Shown here: piece after piece, positions 45,405 through 54,437 of the stretch
Numbering within the stretch: the stretch's first letter is position 1
Layout: each line of letters opens with the position of its first letter
NCBI GenBank assembly: GCA_039795715.1
Contig: JBDKLD010000008.1
Span: 1 to 59,996 of the forward strand
DNA length: 59,996 nucleotides
Reading direction: 5' to 3'
From: Candidatus Parcubacteria bacterium
Lineage (GTDB): Bacteria > Patescibacteriota > Minisyncoccia > Phycocordibacterales > UBA9973
The notes under the pieces: generated by a model
What the model saw: only the letters and a program-made list of their open reading frames with translations
Told to the model about the DNA's origin: nothing
Databases searched by the model: none
Program-made: the position numbers and the translations under genes

Positions 45405-45947
45405 ATGGAAAACCAGATAAAAACCACGACTGATTTTGATGATATCACAAACGAATGCCTCGATTTAATGTTCAAGAAACGTCTTGACTATGGTGATGCG
45501 TGGGAAATACTCCGACCAAGCAGTCTTACCGACCAAATCTTCATCAAGGCCAAGAGAATTCGTTCTGTTCAGGAAAAGAAATCACAGAAAGTTAAAGACA
45601 ATTTGAAAGATGAATTTGTTGGCATGCTCAATTATTCGCTTATGGGAATAAGCCAACTAGAAAAACGAGCATCTGACACTGTCGAGCAAAAGTATCAAAC
45701 AATAGTCGGTGATATAAAAAAACTCTTGGAAATAAAAAACCATGACTACGGAGAAGCTTGGCGAGACCTGCGCATTTCTTCTATTACAGATCTTATTCTG
45801 CAAAAACTCATGCGACTACGTCAGATGGAAACCAATGGCTACGAAGTTAAAGTATCCGAGCACGCACGCTCGTCGTACGAGGACATTGTAAACTATTGTG
45901 TTTTCGCACTCATTCTCATCAAGGAAGGCGCTGACCCAATGAAGTAA
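45405..45947 (+). CDS. Tandem DUF1599-like helical protein
   Basis: Two internal repeats: KKRLDYGDAWEILRPSSLTDQIFIKAKRIRSV and IKNHDYGEAWRDLRISSITDLILQKLMRLRQM. From memory this is the DUF1599 pattern. Divergent from dut and upstream of thyX. Confidence 0.5.
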   Translation: MENQIKTTTDFDDITNECLDLMFKKRLDYGDAWEILRPSSLTDQIFIKAKRIRSVQEKKSQKVKDNLKDEFVGMLNYSLMGISQLEKRASDTVEQKYQTIVGDIKKLLEIKNHDYGEAWRDLRISSITDLILQKLMRLRQMETNGYEVKVSEHARSSYEDIVNYCVFALILIKEGADPMK

Positions 45948-45975
45948 CCCGAACTTTTTTCGGGTTTTTTATTTT
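45947..45975 (+). terminator. Rho-independent terminator (partial, upstream of thyX)
   Basis: ACCCGAActtttTTCGGGT followed by tttttatttt. Confidence 0.65.
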
Positions 45976-46041
45976 GCACATATTTGACAAAGTGTGCTGA
46001 AAAGATAATCTTAGGGCAAACAAACCTTAAAACTATATATC

Positions 46042-47388
46042 ATGCAAGAAAATCAGAACACAGAAACTCCTAGCTACGAAATATTCGTAGTCGATCACCT
46101 TGGCCCGCAAGAAGTTGCGATGGCGCAAGCTCTCTACTCAAGAGACCCTCGTAGTGTTATAGAACACCTCAAAGTTATTGAGGAGAAAGGTCCGGAAGCA
46201 TTTATGGGTAAATACTATGTTGAGTATGGACATAAATCTATCGGGGATTGTGGTTCAACTACGATCTTTATCGAAAACGTCAGCATGCTTGTAGCCAAAG
46301 CTGTGCAAGACTGGTCACTCTATAGTGGACAAGAAGCCAGTACTCGCTACCTCGACATGAGTAAACAATCTGTACTCAATCCAATTGGTACTCCTGCTGG
46401 ACAAGCAATACAAAACCGTTGGATGGCATTTTACGAAAAAGCATTAGCTGTACTTATCGCTGAACTAGAGGAACAGTATCCTCGAAAAGAAGGCGAAAAA
46501 GAAATTGTTTATTCAAAAGCAATAAAAGCAAAGGCCTTTGATATTGCTCGTGGTTTTTTGCCAGCGGGAATTACTACCTTTGTCAGTTGGCATACAAATC
46601 TTCGACAAGCTGCGGACCATCTCAAAGAAATGCGACATCACCCGCTCAAAGAAGTTCGTGATATTGCGGTTCAAACACTTTCGAAGCTTATCGAAAAGTA
46701 CCCGAGTAGCTTTAGTCACGAAATCCTACCTGATGATGAGCAGTACTTAGGTAGTGCAGTCGGAAGAGTTTCGTATCTCGACTTGTCTCACAATCTATAC
46801 AATTCTGAAATTTCTGAATTGGAATTTAGCGCTAAAAGTAATCTGAATTCTGACTGGCTTAATCACTACAGCAACGTGCTCACTTCGAGACCTAAAAAGA
46901 GTGAGCTTCCTAAACAATTACGAATTTGTGGCGGTTTCTCTTTTGAATTTCTTTTGGATTTTGGATCATTTCGTGATCTTCAGAGGCAAAGAAGTGTTAT
47001 TCAGCCAATGCCACTACTCACAACGCATTATGGTTTTGAGCCATGGTACCTTGAACAACTACCTGATTCGCTACGAGAAGAGGCTGTGGAATTGATTAAG
47101 GAACAGGCTGATGAGCTAGACATGCTGACAATGTCAAAAACTGAAAAACAGTATTACATTGCAATGGGTTTCAGAGTTCATTGCGTCATTGAGGCTCCTC
47201 TTCCCGCCGCAGTATACATCGCTGAACTCCGAGCTGGTCAGACTGTTCATCCAACACTCCGAGTAATTGCGCAACAAATGGGTGCTTACATTAAAGAATC
47301 CGTCCGAGGCATTGCGCTTTACTATGACGAAAGCCCGGATGAGTGGAGCACTAAACGTGGCAAACAGGATATTATTAAAAAAGAATAA
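46042..47388 (+). CDS. thyX: FAD-dependent thymidylate synthase ThyX-like, long (pseudo-tandem) form
   Basis: ThyX-like blocks: AMAQALYSRD, QEASTRY (the S-x-R-Y part of the ThyX motif), HTNLRQAADHLKEMRHHP, FRDLQRQRS (RHR-like). 448 aa versus about 220-250 for canonical ThyX. Confidence 0.6.
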   Translation: MQENQNTETPSYEIFVVDHLGPQEVAMAQALYSRDPRSVIEHLKVIEEKGPEAFMGKYYVEYGHKSIGDCGSTTIFIENVSMLVAKAVQDWSLYSGQEASTRYLDMSKQSVLNPIGTPAGQAIQNRWMAFYEKALAVLIAELEEQYPRKEGEKEIVYSKAIKAKAFDIARGFLPAGITTFVSWHTNLRQAADHLKEMRHHPLKEVRDIAVQTLSKLIEKYPSSFSHEILPDDEQYLGSAVGRVSYLDLSHNLYNSEISELEFSAKSNLNSDWLNHYSNVLTSRPKKSELPKQLRICGGFSFEFLLDFGSFRDLQRQRSVIQPMPLLTTHYGFEPWYLEQLPDSLREEAVELIKEQADELDMLTMSKTEKQYYIAMGFRVHCVIEAPLPAAVYIAELRAGQTVHPTLRVIAQQMGAYIKESVRGIALYYDESPDEWSTKRGKQDIIKKE

Positions 47389-47397
47389 CAAAATACA

Positions 47398-47422
47398 CAG
47401 CGCATTACTGCGCTGTTTTTTT
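47398..47422 (+). terminator. Rho-independent terminator after thyX
   Basis: CAGCGCattactGCGCTG followed by ttttttt. Confidence 0.7.
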
Positions 47423-47450
47423 ATTTAACTTCTTTTGCTATACTCGCCAT

Positions 47451-47939
47451 ATGCAAACCGACCAACACCAACGACCACCATGGGACAGCTATTTTATGGA
47501 AATTACTAAAACTGTTGCTCTGCGCGCCACATGTGACCGCGGACGCTCTGGTTGTGTCATTACAAGAGACAAACAAATCTTAGTTACTGGCTATGTTGGC
47601 GCACCAAAAGGACTTCCCCACTGTGATGAAGTTGGGCACCAAATGAAAAAAATCACGCACGAGGACGGCACTGTCAGCGAACATTGCCAAAGAACAACTC
47701 ATGCTGAGCAAAATGCTATCGTTCAAGCGGCAAAATTTGGAGTAGCAATTAATGGTGGGACTTTGTACTGCACCATGACGCCTTGTGCCACATGCGCGAA
47801 AATGGTTATCACTGCCGGTATCTCTCGAGTTGTTTGCGAAAAAAGATACCAACGTGGCAAAGAATCTGAAGAAATGTTTAAGACTGCTGACATCGAACTG
47901 GTTTTTCTCGATGGCAGTGAAATGGAATATGGAAAATAA
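47451..47939 (+). CDS. dCMP deaminase (ComEB/deoxycytidylate deaminase family)
   Basis: Zinc motifs HAEQNAI and PCATCAKMV; WDSYFMEITKTVALRATC at the N-terminus. Confidence 0.9.
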   Translation: MQTDQHQRPPWDSYFMEITKTVALRATCDRGRSGCVITRDKQILVTGYVGAPKGLPHCDEVGHQMKKITHEDGTVSEHCQRTTHAEQNAIVQAAKFGVAINGGTLYCTMTPCATCAKMVITAGISRVVCEKRYQRGKESEEMFKTADIELVFLDGSEMEYGK

Positions 47940-48486
47940 AATTATTATTGGTCTGGTTGGTCGTATTTGCGCCGGCAAAGGTACTATTTCCGACCACCTG
48001 GCAAAAAAATACGGCGCAGCAGTGCTAAGTTTTTCCGACCCAATGCGAGAAATACTACGAGTCCTTCACCAAGAAGTAAACAGGCCAAATTTACAAAAAC
48101 TTTCACTCGCCATGCGAACCTATTTCGGTGAAGCAGTTTTCTCTACGATGATTAAAGGATACTCAAATGAAATACATGAGAGTATTATTGTTCTTGATCC
48201 GTTTCGGAGAATAGCTGATATCGAAGCATTTGAGGCAGGCTCTTTGATAACTATTGGAGTGACGAGGAATGAAAAAGGTCGCTATGAATCAATGCTACAC
48301 CGTAATCGTGAGAAAAGTGATAGTGATATCACGATCGAAAAATTTCGAGAACTTGATACTGCCGAATCCGAACACGAAATAGACAGCCTCGTTGCCAAGG
48401 CGGACTATACGATTGCAAACGATGGTTCGATAGAAGAATTGCTCCAAAAAGTTGATGATTGCATGGCCGCAATTTTGGGAAAATAG
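47929..48486 (+). CDS. P-loop nucleotide/nucleoside kinase-like protein (dNMP-kinase-like)
   Basis: IIIGLVGRICAGKGTISDHLAKKYG is a Walker A at the extreme N-terminus, as in small (d)NMP/dephospho-CoA-type kinases. 11-nt overlap with the deaminase gene. Confidence 0.55.
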   Translation: MENKIIIGLVGRICAGKGTISDHLAKKYGAAVLSFSDPMREILRVLHQEVNRPNLQKLSLAMRTYFGEAVFSTMIKGYSNEIHESIIVLDPFRRIADIEAFEAGSLITIGVTRNEKGRYESMLHRNREKSDSDITIEKFRELDTAESEHEIDSLVAKADYTIANDGSIEELLQKVDDCMAAILGK

Positions 48487-48496
48487 TGTTTAGAAA

Positions 48497-48528
48497 ATAA
48501 AAAATCCCGCACAGTGCGGGACTTTTTT
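48497..48528. terminator. Bidirectional terminator between the convergent kinase gene and rplK
   Basis: aaaaaaaaTCCCGCAcagTGCGGGActttttt. Confidence 0.7.
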
Positions 48529-48540
48529 ATTTTAGAATAG

Positions 48541-48966
48541 TTAGTCAACAATCGTAATCCCTGCATTCTTGGCAGTACCTTCGACTATTTTCATGGCGCC
48601 TTCGATGTCGTTCGCGTTGAGATCGCGCATCTTCTTCTCGGCAATGTCACGGAGCTGAGCTCGGGTGATTTTGCCGACCTTGGAAATGTTCGGCTTGCCA
48701 GAACCTTTCTCGATACCTGCTGCCTTGAAAATCAGCGCGCTCGTAATCGGGGTTTTGACGACGAAATCATAAGTGCGATCTTCGTAAACATTGATTTTGA
48801 CACCAACAGTCTCGCCGATCCACTCCTGACTAGCGGCATTGAACTTCTGGACGAAATCGCCAATGTTCACACCGGCCTGACCAAGAGCAGGTCCAAGTGG
48901 TGGCGCTGGGGTTGCTTTACCCGCTGGGGCAAGGACTTTTACTTTTTTGATGATTTTCTTTGCCAT
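48541..48966 (-). CDS. rplK: 50S ribosomal protein L11
   Basis: [38 protein letters not shown]. Confidence 0.96.
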   Translation of the reverse strand: MAKKIIKKVKVLAPAGKATPAPPLGPALGQAGVNIGDFVQKFNAASQEWIGETVGVKINVYEDRTYDFVVKTPITSALIFKAAGIEKGSGKPNISKVGKITRAQLRDIAEKKMRDLNANDIEGAMKIVEGTAKNAGITIVD

Positions 48967-49023
48967 ATTTTTAGAAAAAATTGATTGGAAATTAATGTGT
49001 GAAGCGTATGCGTAACGAGCTCG

Positions 49024-49052
49024 ATATTACCTGATTATCGCCCTTCCGTCAA
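49024..49052 (-). promoter_or_regulatory. Candidate internal promoter for rplK
   Basis: Minus strand reads TTGACG, 17-nt spacer, TAATAT, within the 104-nt nusG-rplK spacer. Confidence 0.35.
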
Positions 49053-49070
49053 ACCGTCAACAGTTCAATT

Positions 49071-49616
49071 TTAGAGCTTCTTAACCTGCAAGAAATCGAG
49101 CTCAACCGGCGTCTCGCGACCGAACATTGAGACGAGCACGCGAACCTTGCCGCGATCAGTATCGACAGCCGAGATTTTGCCTTCGAGTTCCTTGAATGGA
49201 CCATCGGCGATCATGACCGTCTCGCCAACTTGCAGGTCAATATTGTGAGTGACCGTCGTGTCATCCATACGAGAGAAGAGAACTTTGATTTCTTCAGGAG
49301 AAAGCGGAACAGGGTTGACGCCTGCGCCGACGAAACCAGTCACGCGTGGAGTATTACGAACAACATACCAAGAATCGTCAGTCACGATCATGTCAACGAG
49401 CACGTAGCCGGGATAGACTTTTTCTTCTTGCTCGACGCGCTTGCCGGCTTTGATTTTTATTTTTTTCTCAACTGGCACGATGACGCCAAAAATACGATCC
49501 TGCATACCGAGGGATTCGATGCGCTGTTTGAGGTTACGCATAACTGCGTTCTCATACCCTGAATAGGTGTGGATCGCGTACCAATGCCTCTCACCTGTTG
49601 ATTCTTGTTTTGCCAT
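49071..49616 (-). CDS. nusG: Transcription termination/antitermination factor NusG
   Basis: WYAIHTYSGYENAV (NGN domain), PGYVLV, and KOW GETVMIADGPFKELEGKISAVD. Confidence 0.94.
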   Translation of the reverse strand: MAKQESTGERHWYAIHTYSGYENAVMRNLKQRIESLGMQDRIFGVIVPVEKKIKIKAGKRVEQEEKVYPGYVLVDMIVTDDSWYVVRNTPRVTGFVGAGVNPVPLSPEEIKVLFSRMDDTTVTHNIDLQVGETVMIADGPFKELEGKISAVDTDRGKVRVLVSMFGRETPVELDFLQVKKL

Positions 49617-49637
49617 AAATAAAAATTTTTGCGTTGA

Positions 49638-49820
49638 TTAAAGTGCTAAAAGTTTTGTGAGACCGAAAGAAAAAAGTGTGTCGAATGCCCAAAGAAAGTA
49701 TGCAACGCCGACTGAAATACCAATGACCGCAATAGTGGAAATAACCACCTCTCTGCGAGTCGGCCACTTCACCTGCTTCATTTCTTCTTTTGTTGATTTG
49801 ATGTAGTTTACTAATTTCAT
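49638..49820 (-). CDS. secE: Preprotein translocase subunit SecE
   Basis: 60 aa; EEMKQVKWPTRREVVISTIAVIGISV. Conserved position upstream of nusG. Confidence 0.85.
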   Translation of the reverse strand: MKLVNYIKSTKEEMKQVKWPTRREVVISTIAVIGISVGVAYFLWAFDTLFSFGLTKLLAL

Positions 49821-49864
49821 ATATTGTCCGCCGGAGCGAAAATTCCTGCTAAAATCCTCTTACT

Positions 49865-49922
49865 AAAAACCGCCCCCGCGGGGCAGTACTTACAGTGTAA
49901 GAATACCTCGGGGAGCGGTTTT
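49865..49922 (-). terminator. Long hairpin terminator after the SIMPL-domain gene, upstream of secE
   Basis: Minus strand reads AAAACCGCuCCCCG...CGGGGGCGGUUUUU, an imperfect ~50-nt hairpin plus a U-run. Confidence 0.55.
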
Positions 49923-49940
49923 AGTCAAACATTCGTAATG

Positions 49941-50726
49941 TTAGCGTATTTCGTAGGTGATAGTCACATTGACTGAGATCTTGTTTTCACCTGTAGGAAC
50001 AGCAGGGCTTGCTGATGGAGCGGATTCTGCACCCGCCGACATCATGGCGTCTTTGGCATAATACATTGGGTAACCGCCATTTGACTCATTGAAACTAATG
50101 ACGCGAACAATATGGACACCGAGATCACTCGCAAGCTTTTCGGCTTTTGTTTTGGCTTCGGTGATCGCAAGTGCACGAGCATCGTCTTTTATTTTGTCTT
50201 CATCTTCGATGGTAAAGTTTGGTCCACTTATCTCTGCAATACCATTTTCACCAAGACCAGTGAGAACATCGCCAATTGTATCTATGTCGCGGATTTTAAT
50301 ATCGACAGTCTGGCTAGCTTCGTAGCCAACAATTCTTGATTGGCTTGTTGGACAGTACAGCTTTGTACATGGTGCGTACTCATATTTTGGCTGTGCATAG
50401 TAGGTGCTTGTCTTGATATCTTTTTCCGCAATACCTTTATCTTTGAGATACTTGACCGCCTTGTTGATCATTTCGGTCTCTTTGGTCTGAGCAATCTTGG
50501 TTGTGCTTCCTTCTCCACGCGCAGTAAAGGAAATCATCGCAATATCTGGAGCGGCAAAAAATTCACCATCACCGCTTACTGAAATTGTACTTGGTGTGTC
50601 TTTGCTACCAATGTACTGTCCAGCGCGTATTTCATTGATTATTTTAACTACAAAAAATACTGAGATAACTAGCAGGAAGAGACCGATACCATTGACGAAC
50701 TGGCTTTTTTGTTTTTCTGTAAACAT
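49941..50726 (-). CDS. SIMPL-domain (DUF541) protein, membrane-anchored
   Basis: N-terminal TM, then ISVSGDGEFFAAPDIAMISF...ISFNES...GENKISVNVTITYEI, which is characteristic of SIMPL/DUF541 proteins. Confidence 0.7.
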   Translation of the reverse strand: MFTEKQKSQFVNGIGLFLLVISVFFVVKIINEIRAGQYIGSKDTPSTISVSGDGEFFAAPDIAMISFTARGEGSTTKIAQTKETEMINKAVKYLKDKGIAEKDIKTSTYYAQPKYEYAPCTKLYCPTSQSRIVGYEASQTVDIKIRDIDTIGDVLTGLGENGIAEISGPNFTIEDEDKIKDDARALAITEAKTKAEKLASDLGVHIVRVISFNESNGGYPMYYAKDAMMSAGAESAPSASPAVPTGENKISVNVTITYEIR

Positions 50727-50790
50727 ATTTTGAATTAATTACTTATAATAATCAAGATGACGGACAAGCCACCTCTTCATTGCAACACTA

Positions 50791-51300
50791 CTATTGTATC
50801 GCAACTAGCTCAACCTCGAAAATGAGCGTAGAGTTTGGCGGAATAATGCCTTTGTCTTCTGAACCATAGGCCAACTCTGGGGCAATTGTAAGCTTACGTT
50901 TTTCGCCAACTTTCATTCCTAGCACACCAAGATCCCAGCCTTGGATAACATTTCCTGAACCCACAGTGAAGACAAATGGCTTCACGTGCCCAAAGGCAGG
51001 ATCAATACTGGAGTCAAATACTTTTCCATTGACCAAAGTTCCAGTGTAATTGACGCTCGCAATTTGTCCGATTTTTATCGGCTCACCTGTTCCCTCTTGC
51101 AACGTTTCCATTATTAATTTTTCACTTGTTAGTGTTTGATCCATACTATCTTGCTGATCGTCAGCAAGGACAGCAGTGGCGGTATTGGTAGCGGTAGTAG
51201 TTTCTGTATTTTTTGAAATATCTGAATTTTTTGACAAAATAAACCAACCAGCAACAATCACAGCGACAATAATGACAATCGAAATAACAGTTTTATTCAT
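50791..51300 (-). CDS. FKBP-type peptidyl-prolyl cis-trans isomerase, membrane-anchored
   Basis: VNYTGTLVNGKVFDSS, FVFTVGSGNVIQGWDLGVLGMKVGEKRKLTIAPELAYG, and LIFEVELV. Confidence 0.9.
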   Translation of the reverse strand: MNKTVISIVIIVAVIVAGWFILSKNSDISKNTETTTATNTATAVLADDQQDSMDQTLTSEKLIMETLQEGTGEPIKIGQIASVNYTGTLVNGKVFDSSIDPAFGHVKPFVFTVGSGNVIQGWDLGVLGMKVGEKRKLTIAPELAYGSEDKGIIPPNSTLIFEVELVAIQ

Positions 51301-51342
51301 ACGTTGATTAACTATAAATTAAATATTAATAAAAAATAATTG

Positions 51343-52566
51343 CTAACCCGTAGAGTATACACTACGTCGGAAAACAGTGCCCGCGACAAAAATCAGAATT
51401 GCCCCCACTGCAACTGGGGTCCAGGGCGCAAAAAGCGCTGCGATGCCTCCAGCAAGAAGTGGTGGTATTGCTTGCGCGATAGATATGACCGAGGTATTTA
51501 CACCGAGCACTTCCCCACGATTATATTCACTGGCACTACGCGTGAGAAGCGATGAGAAATTGGAGGCCTGTAAGCCTTGTGGAATAGCAAAAGGTAAAAT
51601 AAGTGCGTAGAGCGCAAGTGGTGTATTGGCAAAAAATGTCAGTGCGAGGCCTGCAGCCGCAAAGTAGTAAACGTAGCGAAGTGTTTTTCTATCTGAGTAT
51701 CGGCGTGACACCGCAGGCACTATAACGAGCTGGGTAAAAATAATGCAGATACCGACAAAACCAAAAATATTGCCGACCTGGTGCGCGCTAAAATCAAACT
51801 TGCGCGAAACGTAGACATTGAAAAAAGAGGCGAAAAAATTGAAGCCAGAATTGAAAATAAATGAAACCAAGAAAAGTGATCGCAAATCTTTCATTCTGTT
51901 GGCTTTGATAATATTTTTCACCGCACCAAAAATCTCGATTTTCTTTTTTTCTCTGAGTTTCGGGCTCGTTTCTTTGAAGAAAAAATAAATCGAAAGTACA
52001 TTGATAAATGAAATTGCCGCGGCAAAGAGAAACGGCGTCGAAGAGTTGAACCAAGAAACAAAGTTGCTGTTCGCCAACTGCCCACCAATGAACGGCCCGA
52101 GCACAAAACCGAGCCCCCAAAATGCACCCATGACACCGAATACTCTCACGCGATCTTTCTCTTCTGTCGTATCAGCAATAGCCGCTTGCGCAACAGCGAT
52201 GTTGCCTCCGGTAATACCGTCGAGAATACGCGAGGCAAAGAGCAGTGGGACATTTTTGGTTACGATAGCATAGGCAAAAATCAGGTACGACATCGCCGTA
52301 CCCAAGATAGAGATGAGCAAAATTGGTCGACGGCCATACTTATCAGAAAGAGCGCCAAGAATTGGTGAAGCGAAAAATACTGCGAGCGGATAACTTGCTG
52401 TCAGGAGGCCGAGGTAAAATAGTCCGAGGTCGGCCTTGGCTGGGTCAAGCAAGAAAAAGTCAGAGCCAGGGACGCCAAGGAGCTGGGGCAAAATCGGGAT
52501 GAGGATGCCGACGCCCAGCATGTCGATACATATAGTCAGAAACAGAAACCAGTGCCGTCTTTTCAT
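51343..52566 (-). CDS. MFS transporter (drug/H+ antiporter-like)
   Basis: 12 TM helices and MFS motif A GALSDKYGRRPILL. Confidence 0.85.
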   Translation of the reverse strand: MKRRHWFLFLTICIDMLGVGILIPILPQLLGVPGSDFFLLDPAKADLGLFYLGLLTASYPLAVFFASPILGALSDKYGRRPILLISILGTAMSYLIFAYAIVTKNVPLLFASRILDGITGGNIAVAQAAIADTTEEKDRVRVFGVMGAFWGLGFVLGPFIGGQLANSNFVSWFNSSTPFLFAAAISFINVLSIYFFFKETSPKLREKKKIEIFGAVKNIIKANRMKDLRSLFLVSFIFNSGFNFFASFFNVYVSRKFDFSAHQVGNIFGFVGICIIFTQLVIVPAVSRRYSDRKTLRYVYYFAAAGLALTFFANTPLALYALILPFAIPQGLQASNFSSLLTRSASEYNRGEVLGVNTSVISIAQAIPPLLAGGIAALFAPWTPVAVGAILIFVAGTVFRRSVYSTG

Positions 52567-52620
52567 GTACCGCCATTCTAGCAGAATACGGGAAAAGAAA
52601 AAGTGCTGTATAATCTTCGT

Positions 52621-53727
52621 ATGAAATTTGGATTTTTACTTTTCGCTTTGCCATTCCTCGCCCTGATTGCGATCACCTCAGTGGTAGTATTTAAAGTTGG
52701 CGTCGTTTTTGGAGTACTCAAGACACCGCTTGTACGACAAATTGTCATGTGGGTATTTATTTTGTTGCCAATTATTTTGATCACTACCATGGCGATCGGC
52801 AACAAGCATTTCAACTACATCAATATTTTCTTCTACCATATTGCCGTGACTTGGTTGCCGGTGCTTATTTATTTATTCATGGGCGCAGTGCTTTTGTCAC
52901 TCATCAACTTTGTTGCCGTATATAGCGGTCACCCAGTCAATATGTACGTGCTTTCTGTTTGGGTAATTGTTATCACGGCGGTCGCTACAGGATATGGAAT
53001 AGTAAATGCCACTATGCCGAGAATTGTGACGTACGATATTGATTCCCCTGCTCTTTCCAAGCAATGGGCTGGCAAAAATATTGTGCTAGTTTCAGACACG
53101 CACCTTGGCGTCGTTCGTAGTGGAAAATTTATGAAAAAAGTTGTCGGTAAAATAAATGAGCAAAAGCCCGACGTGGTTTTCATCGCTGGCGACATTATTG
53201 ATGGACCGGTATTTAATTATCAAAAAGGTCTTTCACCACTCAAAGATATCAAGTCTACATTTGGTATTTTCTATACTCCGGGCAATCATGAGGGTTACAA
53301 TCCTGAGCCTGAGAAATTTTATCCAATAGTGAAGGCACTCACGACGACGGTAATAGATAGCAAAACCGAAGTGAACGGGACGGCTATTGTTGGACTCGAC
53401 TACAGACGCGAAACAGTAGAAGCTACGGCGGAAAGATTGAAGGACACAGGCTTTCGTGCTGATGTGCCGACAATTGCACTCCTCCACGATCCGACAAACG
53501 TCACGACACTCATGGATGCAGGAGTGTCGCTGGTTTTGTCAGGACACACACATTGCGGACAATTTTTCCCCATCAACTTAGTCGTGCGAGGTATATATAA
53601 GGAGTATACATACGGAGTAAATGTTCGTGGCAATAGTACAGCTGTCACTACCTGTGGTGTGGGTACGGCAATGTCACCACTTCGACTTGGCACAAATCCG
53701 GAGATTGTGGTTTTGCATATCAAATAA
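52621..53727 (+). CDS. Membrane-anchored metallophosphoesterase (YkuE-like)
   Basis: N-terminal TM helices, then LVSDTHLG, IAGDIIDG, GNHE, and SGHTHCGQ. ATG 52621 preferred over the GTG at 52603. Confidence 0.85.
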   Translation: MKFGFLLFALPFLALIAITSVVVFKVGVVFGVLKTPLVRQIVMWVFILLPIILITTMAIGNKHFNYINIFFYHIAVTWLPVLIYLFMGAVLLSLINFVAVYSGHPVNMYVLSVWVIVITAVATGYGIVNATMPRIVTYDIDSPALSKQWAGKNIVLVSDTHLGVVRSGKFMKKVVGKINEQKPDVVFIAGDIIDGPVFNYQKGLSPLKDIKSTFGIFYTPGNHEGYNPEPEKFYPIVKALTTTVIDSKTEVNGTAIVGLDYRRETVEATAERLKDTGFRADVPTIALLHDPTNVTTLMDAGVSLVLSGHTHCGQFFPINLVVRGIYKEYTYGVNVRGNSTAVTTCGVGTAMSPLRLGTNPEIVVLHIK

Positions 53728-53769
53728 AAACTTAAGTTTTACTTTATCTTGTTTGGCTATACTGCCAAG

Positions 53770-54297
53770 ATGCAGATGGAAGGAAAATTACCAAAAAAAC
53801 ATATTTCTAACGGACTTTTTGAAAGTATCAGTAAAAAAGCTGAAGAAAAATACAAGCTCATCGCGCCAACATACTGTCCTTATTTAAAAGATAAGGTGAA
53901 TTTCAATGCAAGAGGACTGGATCATATTAGATTTAAAGCATGGAATAGACGTCGTAGTAGATTTGATCAATTTACTAGACTAAAACTTATTCCTTTAGCC
54001 CCCAAAATATTGTCTTTATCCCATACTGTCCAGGGGAAATGGTGCCGCAAAGAGTGGCAACGAGTAAAAAGACACGGCAGATGGGAAAAACACCCAAGAG
54101 AGGTTGTTTACTTTGAATTTGTTGCTGTTATCAACAATGCTCGGGCAAAAGTAATAGTAAAGGAAATTGTTGGGGGGCAAAAGTTTTTCTGGAGTCTTAT
54201 ACCTTTTTGGAGAATGAATGAGATAACTAAGGCAAGAAAACTATATGACAGCGATATAGAAAATGACGGCAACTTTACTGATGATATTGAGGATTAA
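53770..54297 (+). CDS. Hypothetical basic protein (175 aa)
   Basis: Clean ORF. ATG 53770 preferred over the TTG at 53749. No recognisable motif. Confidence 0.45.
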   Translation: MQMEGKLPKKHISNGLFESISKKAEEKYKLIAPTYCPYLKDKVNFNARGLDHIRFKAWNRRRSRFDQFTRLKLIPLAPKILSLSHTVQGKWCRKEWQRVKRHGRWEKHPREVVYFEFVAVINNARAKVIVKEIVGGQKFFWSLIPFWRMNEITKARKLYDSDIENDGNFTDDIED

Positions 54298-54300
54298 AAG

Positions 54301-54332
54301 AAAAACAACCAAATAAATCTGGTTGTTTTTCT
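54301..54332 (+). terminator. Rho-independent terminator
   Basis: AAAAACAACCAaataaatcTGGTTGTTTTT followed by ctt. Confidence 0.65.
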
Positions 54333-54437
54333 TAGACACTTGGCAACGGTTTATGAACCGAGAGAGAGCCGAAGCCCTCACAAGTGCCTACAACTATTAT
54401 ATTCACGAGATATTTATTGTCAACAATTATTTTTATC

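Noticed and set aside
49821-49940. An expected tRNA (tRNA-Trp often precedes secE-nusG) in the spacer upstream of secE.
   Set aside because: There is no T-loop (GTTCRANYC), no cloverleaf and no CCA-proximal acceptor pairing. The sequence folds as one long imperfect hairpin plus a U-run, so it is a terminator for the upstream SIMPL-domain gene.
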